From Planctomycetota bacterium (GTDB taxonomy: Bacteria; Planctomycetota; UBA8108; SXIK01): a DNA stretch of 64,000 nucleotides. The notes under the pieces are model-generated. The model worked only from the letters and a program-made list of their open reading frames with translations. It did not search any database and was not told the DNA's origin. The position numbers were made by a program, and so were the translations under genes. Where the stretch lies: contig CBDCXR010000004.1 in assembly GCA_965223845.1 (NCBI GenBank), positions 2,624,001-2,688,000 on the forward strand, given 5' to 3'. Below are positions 57,773-64,000 of this stretch, piece after piece (the first letter of the stretch is position 1; every line of letters begins with the position of its first letter).

Positions 57773-58561
57773 ATGCTGCGCTACCTTCGCATTTACTTCT
57801 GTTTTCTTCGGTTCTCGCTGAGCCGCGCGCTTCAGTTCCGCGTCGATTTCTTTTTCCGCGTGGTGATGGACACGGTGTTCTACGCGGTGCACCTCGCCTT
57901 CTTCGGTGTGATCTACCAGCACACCACCGCCGTGGGGGGCTGGAGCTTCGATCAGACGGTGATCTTCATCTCGGGGTTCTTCCTCCTCGACGCGATCTAC
58001 ATGACCTTCTTTTCGAACAACCTGTGGTGGCTGCCGTTTCTCATCAATCGCGGCGACCTCGACTACTACCTCGTGCGGCCGATCTCGAGCCTCTTCTTCG
58101 TGAGCCTCCGGGAGTTCGCCGCGAACTCCTTCCTCAATCTTCTCATCGCGACGGGCATCCTCACGTGGGCGGTCGCCCGCTACCCCGGCGAGCTCGGTGC
58201 GGGACGTATCGCGCTCTTCGTCGCCCTCATCGGCTGCGGCGCGATCCTCTACACGGCGATCTACATGATCTTCATGATCCCCGTTTTTTGGACGCACTCG
58301 GAGTCGGGACTCCGGCAGATCTTCTTCGGCCTCACCCGCTTCGCCTACTACCCCGATGCGCTCTACGAAGGCTGGCTCCGGCGCGTCCTCATCACCGGGA
58401 TCCCGCTCGCCCTCGTCGCGTCCTACCCGGCGCGCGTCCTCTTCGACGGACCCCGGTTCGACAACCTGGGTCACCTACTGCTTGTGACCGCGATCGTCGT
58501 CACGGTGATGGCGCTTCTCTGGCGCCGGGGGCTTCGGGCGTACGCGTCGGCGTCGTCGTAG
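57773..58561 (+). CDS. ABC-2 family transporter permease (DUF990-like)
   Basis: FRVDF, GGWS, GDLDYYLVRP, YP..LY, P..LV..YPA, GLRAYASASS. Confidence 0.88.
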   Translation: MLRYLRIYFCFLRFSLSRALQFRVDFFFRVVMDTVFYAVHLAFFGVIYQHTTAVGGWSFDQTVIFISGFFLLDAIYMTFFSNNLWWLPFLINRGDLDYYLVRPISSLFFVSLREFAANSFLNLLIATGILTWAVARYPGELGAGRIALFVALIGCGAILYTAIYMIFMIPVFWTHSESGLRQIFFGLTRFAYYPDALYEGWLRRVLITGIPLALVASYPARVLFDGPRFDNLGHLLLVTAIVVTVMALLWRRGLRAYASASS

Positions 58562-58601
58562 CGAGTAGAGTCCGCGCAAGATCCGGTCGAAGAACGACCG
58601 T

Positions 58602-59540
58602 TTACTTCGAGAGCAAGGCGTCGTGGTCGACGTTCAGCGTGAACTTCTTCCACGCGACGGCGACCCGTTTCAGGTTCTTGCGATCCTTTCCGAAAAAGAT
58701 CGCGTTCGCGGCCTCGACGTCCTTCTTGTCGCGTAGCGCATTCGCGTACTTCACCGCGGCGCGCCCCCGCGTCGTCTCCATGAAGTAGAACATGACCGCA
58801 AAGGACTGGTGGTAGTAGAGCGCTTCCTTTTCCTTCTCGTGGAACTGCTCATGCGTTGCGTCGACCAGCGTCGCGAGCTCGATTTCCGAGCGAGTGCGGA
58901 TCGCGTCCTTGACCATACGGAGCTTCCGCTTGTTGATCTTCTTCGGATTGAGCGTCTTCGCCTTGTTCTTGTCGCGCTCCATCCCTTCGTAGTACTTCGC
59001 CATCCCTTCATTGTACCAAATCGGGATGTGAACACCGTCGCCGACGTACGCGTGGATGTATTGGTGAAACGCTTCGTGATAGACCGTAGGGATCAACCGG
59101 TAGTAGGGCAGGTCCGATCGGAGAAAAAGAACGCGGTTACCCGGGGAGTAGAATCCCGCCATCGATGGTGTTCCGCCGGCGTACTCCCACGTCGGCAGAT
59201 TCTCGAGGATCTTGACGCGGAACTTGTCCTTGTGCTGGTACCGAAAGAGTTTCGTGTACTGAACAAGGATATCCTCGAGCTCCTTTTTGACGCGAAGGAC
59301 GACGTCGGTAGGGATGACGCTCTCGTAGCGGATGTCGTAGTTCTTCGACGAATCCTTTGCCCAATCGATCTTCGCTGGTCGCTTCTTCTTTCGCTTCACG
59401 ACGTCCTGAGCGAACACGCTCGTCGTCGGAGCAAAGGAAGGCGCCGCAACGGCGCACAGGAGAGAGGCCGCGAGCAGCAGCGACCGCCGTCGATTCGTGG
59501 GTTGAGTCGAGAACTTCGTTCTGCGATGGGCTGGAAGCAT
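58602..59540 (-). CDS. Secreted DUF1570-like gluzincin zinc metallopeptidase
   Basis: Signal peptide, AGFYSP, HEAFHQY (HExxH), PIWYNEGMAKY (third ligand E), YHQSFA. Confidence 0.8.
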   Translation of the reverse strand: MLPAHRRTKFSTQPTNRRRSLLLAASLLCAVAAPSFAPTTSVFAQDVVKRKKKRPAKIDWAKDSSKNYDIRYESVIPTDVVLRVKKELEDILVQYTKLFRYQHKDKFRVKILENLPTWEYAGGTPSMAGFYSPGNRVLFLRSDLPYYRLIPTVYHEAFHQYIHAYVGDGVHIPIWYNEGMAKYYEGMERDKNKAKTLNPKKINKRKLRMVKDAIRTRSEIELATLVDATHEQFHEKEKEALYYHQSFAVMFYFMETTRGRAAVKYANALRDKKDVEAANAIFFGKDRKNLKRVAVAWKKFTLNVDHDALLSK

Positions 59541-59604
59541 CGATTTCCTCAGTGCTGGAATCCGATCGCCGGCACGCCACCTCGTCGGGTTCGGCCGCCG
59601 AAAC

Positions 59605-61356
59605 TCACTTGCTCTTCTTCGGTCGCGCCTCTTTGACGCCCTTCGACGCCAGCCACTTCCTAAGCGTCGACGTAAACCGCGCCGTTTCGAACATGTAGGG
59701 ATTCTGCGACGAACGCGAGAACTTCGCCGTGTACGCGCCCTTGAAGAATCCGGCTACGCGGCCGACCTCGGACGCCGGGGCCCAGGGATCCCGTTCCCCC
59801 ACGACGACCATCACGGGAATCCGGGGAGGTTTCCTTCCGAAAATCGTCCCGAGCGACCACGAGGAGTCGTTCATCACCTGCTGACCGCCCGGGAGTTGAT
59901 AGAGGAAGTTGAATCGGCCCACCTCCGGGGAGGAAGCGTTCGAGAACTTGGTGCCGAAGAGCGCACGTCCCATTCCTGCCTGCTCCGCAGCGTCACCGGC
60001 CTCGTACTCGGGCTTCCCATCCTCTTTGAGCTGGATGTTCTTCGCGCCGTTCTCGAGCTCCTTCAGCTTCCGGCTCCGGCCGAGCTGCTCGACATTGTCG
60101 AGAACGCGACCGTATTCCTTTCCGGCCGAATTGGGGCTCACGAAGATCAGGTGAGAGGTCTCCTTCTGGAATTTCGCGGCGAGCTTCATCGCGAGCGTGC
60201 TCGCCGCCGGACCGTGCCCGAGGACCGCGAACGACTCCGGTCGATCTTCCTGCGACTTCATCAGCTTGACCAGAGCCTCAGCGAGCTTATCCGTCGGATA
60301 GATCGTGAGGTTTGCGGTCGTCTGTCGCTTGAGTCCCTTGAAGTCCTCGATCGCCGGAATCTGGACGTAGAAGACCTTGCAAAACTCCTCGATGCCGTGG
60401 AAGTACGGCCGAAAGTAGTCGGGCTCGTACCCGCGCCACGGAAGGACGAGGAGCGGATAGCCGTCGCCGACGACCTTCATGTTGAGCCGAACCTCTACGC
60501 CTCCCGCCTTCACGACGGTCGACGTCTTCGACTTCTCTTCCTCCTCTTCGACCCGCTTCTTGAGCGAGAAGCTGTCCTTTACGAGGTCCCACCACTTCTT
60601 CCAGTCCTCGACGCTGTCTCGGAAGTACTGCCCGGTCAGCCCTTCGAGCGAGTAGCGAGTGAGCACCCACTCCTTGAGATTCCGATCCGACGGTTTTTCC
60701 ATCCCATCGAGATGCGCGATGAGGAGGGGAATCGACGATTCGTGCGGGTACGCGAGGAGCCCCTCGACGGCCGCGATCCGGACGGTCTCGTTCGAGTCCT
60801 CGAGCGCCTTCCGAATCAGCTTGAGGCGGCGCCCCTTCCGGTCGATCTTCTTGATCACCGGAAGAACGAGTTTGAAGTACTCGACTCCGCGCGTCTTTCG
60901 GAGCTGATACTTCGCGTGCTCGATGCGCCGGTCGTCCTCCTTACCGAAGTCCTTCACGTACTGCTTGCGGATCTTCCGGATGATCGAGTGGACGATCGCC
61001 TCCTTGGAGTACGGGTATCCCTTGGTGTCGAGGATCCGCAAGATCTCCTCGTAGGCTTCCCTCGTCGTCGCATTCGTCAGGGCCTCGTAGGCGCCCTCCT
61101 TCACGTACCAATCGAACTTGTGAGGATTCTTCGGCGCGACTTTGTCGAGGATGCGCCAGAGCGCCTTCAGCCCCTTCGGAGTTTTCGTGTCGACCTGCTT
61201 GAGCGCGTTGTGTCGCGTCTCGCTGTAGGGCGAATTGAGCGTTTCCTTGAGGACGAGCTCCCAGCGCTCCTCGGCGGCAGCGAAGGACGAGAGAACGCCG
61301 GCGATCGCGATCGCCGCGACGAACGTTCGTGGAGTCGGGGAGCGAAGTGGGCGCAT
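59605..61356 (-). CDS. Secreted HEAT-repeat protein fused to an alpha/beta-hydrolase-like domain (probably non-catalytic)
   Basis: Signal peptide; HEAT-like ALED..ETVRIAAVEGL and SLEGLTGQYF..WKKWW; G.GYPLLVLP, AVLGHGPA, PVMVVVGERDPW, FSRSSQNPYMFE. Confidence 0.75.
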   Translation of the reverse strand: MRPLRSPTPRTFVAAIAIAGVLSSFAAAEERWELVLKETLNSPYSETRHNALKQVDTKTPKGLKALWRILDKVAPKNPHKFDWYVKEGAYEALTNATTREAYEEILRILDTKGYPYSKEAIVHSIIRKIRKQYVKDFGKEDDRRIEHAKYQLRKTRGVEYFKLVLPVIKKIDRKGRRLKLIRKALEDSNETVRIAAVEGLLAYPHESSIPLLIAHLDGMEKPSDRNLKEWVLTRYSLEGLTGQYFRDSVEDWKKWWDLVKDSFSLKKRVEEEEEKSKTSTVVKAGGVEVRLNMKVVGDGYPLLVLPWRGYEPDYFRPYFHGIEEFCKVFYVQIPAIEDFKGLKRQTTANLTIYPTDKLAEALVKLMKSQEDRPESFAVLGHGPAASTLAMKLAAKFQKETSHLIFVSPNSAGKEYGRVLDNVEQLGRSRKLKELENGAKNIQLKEDGKPEYEAGDAAEQAGMGRALFGTKFSNASSPEVGRFNFLYQLPGGQQVMNDSSWSLGTIFGRKPPRIPVMVVVGERDPWAPASEVGRVAGFFKGAYTAKFSRSSQNPYMFETARFTSTLRKWLASKGVKEARPKKSK

Positions 61357-61425
61357 GAGTGGAAGAACACCATCGCGGTGAAAGAAGAGACGCCGACGAG
61401 TCGGCGGAACGAGGACACTTCCCCG

Positions 61426-61431
61426 ATTATA
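61426..61431 (-). promoter_or_regulatory. Candidate -10 element (TATAAT) upstream of the HEAT/hydrolase gene
   Basis: Perfect TATAAT on the minus strand about 70 nt upstream of ATG 61356; no recognisable -35. Confidence 0.35.
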
Positions 61432-61514
61432 GGGGAGATTCGAGAGAGGATCCCGCCCCTTCTGAGGTGGCCGGGCGGCCGGATTTCGTCGATCGAATCG
61501 CACGCGCCCCGGCG

Positions 61515-62948
61515 CTAGACCGCGAGCTCGCTCGATCCCTCGAGCTCCCCCGCATAGCGGGCGAGCGCGGGCTTCACTTCCGCCTCCACGAACGCTTCGA
61601 CCTGCTCCGGCGCACGCCCCACGAACGCGGCCGGATCGAGGAGCTCGCCGAGTCGCTCGTGAATCGGAGCGAAGTACTCGCTCGCGCGAATCCTGGCGAT
61701 GAGATCGTTCTCGCCCCCGTCGTTTTTGACGACGCCCGCTGCTTCCTGCGAGAGGACTCGGATCTTCTCGTGACACTCCTGTCGACTCGCTCCGGCTTTC
61801 ACCATCGCCATGATGATGTTCTCGGTCGCCATGAACGGGAGCTCGCTCCGAACGCGTCGATCGATCACGTTCGGATAGACGACGAGCCCCTCGCCGATGT
61901 TTTGGAGGATCGCGAGTACGGCATCCGCGGTCAAGAACGCCTCGGCGAGACTGATGCGACGATTGGCGCTGTCGTCGAGCGTGCGTTCCATCCACTGGAC
62001 CGCGGCCGTGTGCTGAGCGTTCGCGACGAGCGCCATCAGATGCCGAGCGAGGCTGCACACGCGCTCCGAACGCATCGGATTGCGCTTGTACGCCATCGCG
62101 CTCGAGCCGATCTGATCCTTCTCGAACGGCTCCTCGATCTCCTTCAAGTTCGCGAGCAGGCGCAGGTCCGTCGCGAGCTTGTGAGCCGTCGCACCGAAGC
62201 TCCCGAGCGCCGAAAGAATGTCGACATCCACCTTCCGGCTGTACGTCTGTCCCGTGACGAGATAGCGCGACTCGAATCCCACCGCCTCAGTGACGAGCCG
62301 ATCGAGCCGGTCCACTTTCGCGTGATCTCCTTCGAAGAGAGCGAGAAAGCTGGCCTGAGTTCCGGTCGTCCCTTTGACGCCTCGAAATCGGAGATCTCCG
62401 CGCGCACGCTCGACGTTTCGGAGGTCGAAGAGGAGATCTTGCACCCAGAGACTCGCGCGCTTGCCCACGGTGGTGAGCTGCGCCGGCTGGTAGTGCGTGA
62501 ATCCGAGCGTCGGGATCGAGCGGTGCTCGAGCGCGAACCGCGCGAATCGATCGATGACCCGCGCGATCTTCGGGAGGAGAAGATCGAGGCCGTCGCGCAG
62601 GCAGATCAGATCGGTATTGTCGCCGACGTAGCAGCTCGTCGCGCCGAGGTGAATGATCGGCGCCGCGACCGGACACGCCACGCCGAACGCGTGGACGTGC
62701 GCCATCACGTCGTGGCGGCGCCGGCGCTCCTCGGCCGCCGCGAGGTCGTAGTCGATGTCGTCCGCCGCCTCCTCCATCGCGCGGATCTGCTCGTCGGTGA
62801 TCGCGAGGCCGAGCTCTCGCTCGGCGCGGGCGAGCTCGATCCAGAGCCGGCGCCAGGTGCGAAACTTCTTCTCGTCGGAGAAGTTCCGCGCCATCTCGGC
62901 CGACGCGTACCGCGTCGTCAGCGGATTCTCGTAGCGGTCTCTCGGCAT
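61515..62948 (-). CDS. purB: Adenylosuccinate lyase
   Basis: [49 protein letters not shown], fumarase-family signature [14 protein letters not shown]. Confidence 0.97.
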   Translation of the reverse strand: MPRDRYENPLTTRYASAEMARNFSDEKKFRTWRRLWIELARAERELGLAITDEQIRAMEEAADDIDYDLAAAEERRRRHDVMAHVHAFGVACPVAAPIIHLGATSCYVGDNTDLICLRDGLDLLLPKIARVIDRFARFALEHRSIPTLGFTHYQPAQLTTVGKRASLWVQDLLFDLRNVERARGDLRFRGVKGTTGTQASFLALFEGDHAKVDRLDRLVTEAVGFESRYLVTGQTYSRKVDVDILSALGSFGATAHKLATDLRLLANLKEIEEPFEKDQIGSSAMAYKRNPMRSERVCSLARHLMALVANAQHTAAVQWMERTLDDSANRRISLAEAFLTADAVLAILQNIGEGLVVYPNVIDRRVRSELPFMATENIIMAMVKAGASRQECHEKIRVLSQEAAGVVKNDGGENDLIARIRASEYFAPIHERLGELLDPAAFVGRAPEQVEAFVEAEVKPALARYAGELEGSSELAV

Positions 62949-63109
62949 GCGCGGGCGTCCCCTCGCCGGCGCTCATCGAACCCATCTCGCCCTAGCGGCG
63001 AGCGGAAGCGCCGGAAAGACGGCTCATTGTATATTCCGGCGAGAGGAATGCCACCGCGACGAAGCGATGCCGCGAGCGATCGCTCCGCCGCGTCCAACCG
63101 TCGCGGCGA

Positions 63110-64000
63110 TCAGCAAGCTCCGCCGTCCTCGCACGGAAGCCCGTTCACGCTCGGGTCCTCGCCACACTCGGGGAAGGGGTCCGCGGGAGGAGCTCCGTCG
63201 CGGAAGAGGTAGTTGAGGAACGAGACCGCGTCGTCGAGGCCGATTTCGCCCGACGCATCGGTGTCGAGCGCCGCCGCACAGTCGACGTCACCCGCCCCGG
63301 CGAAGAGGAAGCGGAGAATGCGCACTCCGTCACTCACGTTGAGCCGGCCGTTGCCATCGGCATCGCCCCGCGTGAAGACCGCGCCCTCGGGCGGGAGATA
63401 GGTGAACTCGAGCTCGTTTTCCGACTCGAGCTCGCCCGGGGGACCGAGGTTGATCACGCGCACACCGACCACGCCGCGCCCCGGCGGCGTGATCGCCCGC
63501 ACCGTCGTGCGCTCCTCATCGACGACCTCGGCCGATGGCGCCGGCACGCCGTCAAACTCGACGCGGACTCTCTCGGCGAAGTCCTCGCCCACGATGAACA
63601 CGGTGTCTCCTCCCTTCGCCGCCCCTTCGATCACGGAGAGCGTGTCGAGCTCCGGACGCGGAAAGATGACCGTGAGCAGCCGACGCGCCGGGATCCCCTC
63701 GCGTTCCTCTGCCGTGAGGACGAGGATCGTCGGCTGGCCTTCGATCCGAAGATCGTAGGGAACGGCGACGACCGCCTTCCCCCGCGCGACGCTGATGATT
63801 TCGGGCGACGGAAGTCCGTTGAAAAAGACTTCTGTCGTGTCGTCGAGACTCGGGCTCGTGATCTCGACGGTGAGATCGCCGCGGTGCGTCCCCCGCCGTG
63901 GTACGACCCGCGTCGCGCGCGGGATCTTGATCCCCGAGTAGGCGAATACGTGTTGCCGCACCGCCGTCGGCCGGTTGCGCGCGAAGCTCTCCATCTGCCG
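63110..64000 (-). CDS. IPT/TIG-domain protein with C-terminal dockerin-like domain, 5' partial
   Basis: Frame open to the window edge. P..G..GG..V.I.G..F..V.FDG..TPPG..F.Y IPT pattern; FTRGDADGNG..DTDASG..CGEDP..C. Confidence 0.8.
   Translation of the reverse strand, partial: RQMESFARNRPTAVRQHVFAYSGIKIPRATRVVPRRGTHRGDLTVEITSPSLDDTTEVFFNGLPSPEIISVARGKAVVAVPYDLRIEGQPTILVLTAEEREGIPARRLLTVIFPRPELDTLSVIEGAAKGGDTVFIVGEDFAERVRVEFDGVPAPSAEVVDEERTTVRAITPPGRGVVGVRVINLGPPGELESENELEFTYLPPEGAVFTRGDADGNGRLNVSDGVRILRFLFAGAGDVDCAAALDTDASGEIGLDDAVSFLNYLFRDGAPPADPFPECGEDPSVNGLPCEDGGAC

Noticed and set aside
55917-58561. ABC-2 exporter as the dedicated secretion route for the dockerin proteins
   Set aside because: It is a widespread three-gene DUF990-type exporter, far from the locus, and the dockerin proteins have Sec-type signal peptides.
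63026-63054. Possible promoter upstream of purB (TACAAT; also a GG-N10-GC sigma54-like pattern TGGCAT..TCGC on the minus strand)
   Set aside because: The -35 and -12 matches are weak and GG-N10-GC is frequent in high-GC DNA, so it cannot be supported.

Overview
High-GC, gene-dense bacterial window, almost certainly from a Planctomycetota (PVC) genome. It has three DUF1549/DUF1553 + DUF1501 gene pairs, a PVC-type heme-binding protein, a CRTAC1/ASPIC-UnbV protein with its multiheme/TPR partner, and PPC and PQQ-propeller proteins. About 33 CDS are supported. I saw no rRNA, tRNA, CRISPR array or mobile element. The most unusual part is a 16-kb co-oriented locus (3651-19622) of four large secreted proteins. 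Two are tandem LTD-LamG-CotH kinase paralogues and two are multi-LamG proteins carrying an unrecognised ~100-aa Cys/Asp-rich repeat. All four end in a Cys-decorated dockerin-like domain, and two more such proteins lie elsewhere in the window (27177-31238, 63110-end). Other oddities include an esterase/dehydrogenase/cytochrome c fusion, a possible diheme-b/pentaheme-c/TPR membrane protein, a catalytically dead HEAT-alpha/beta-hydrolase next to a gluzincin, and possible CTG starts overlapping upstream stop codons. Housekeeping content is EtfAB with a FadF-like Fe-S oxidoreductase, an ABC-2 exporter and purB. All family assignments come from reading motifs by eye; no database searches were run.
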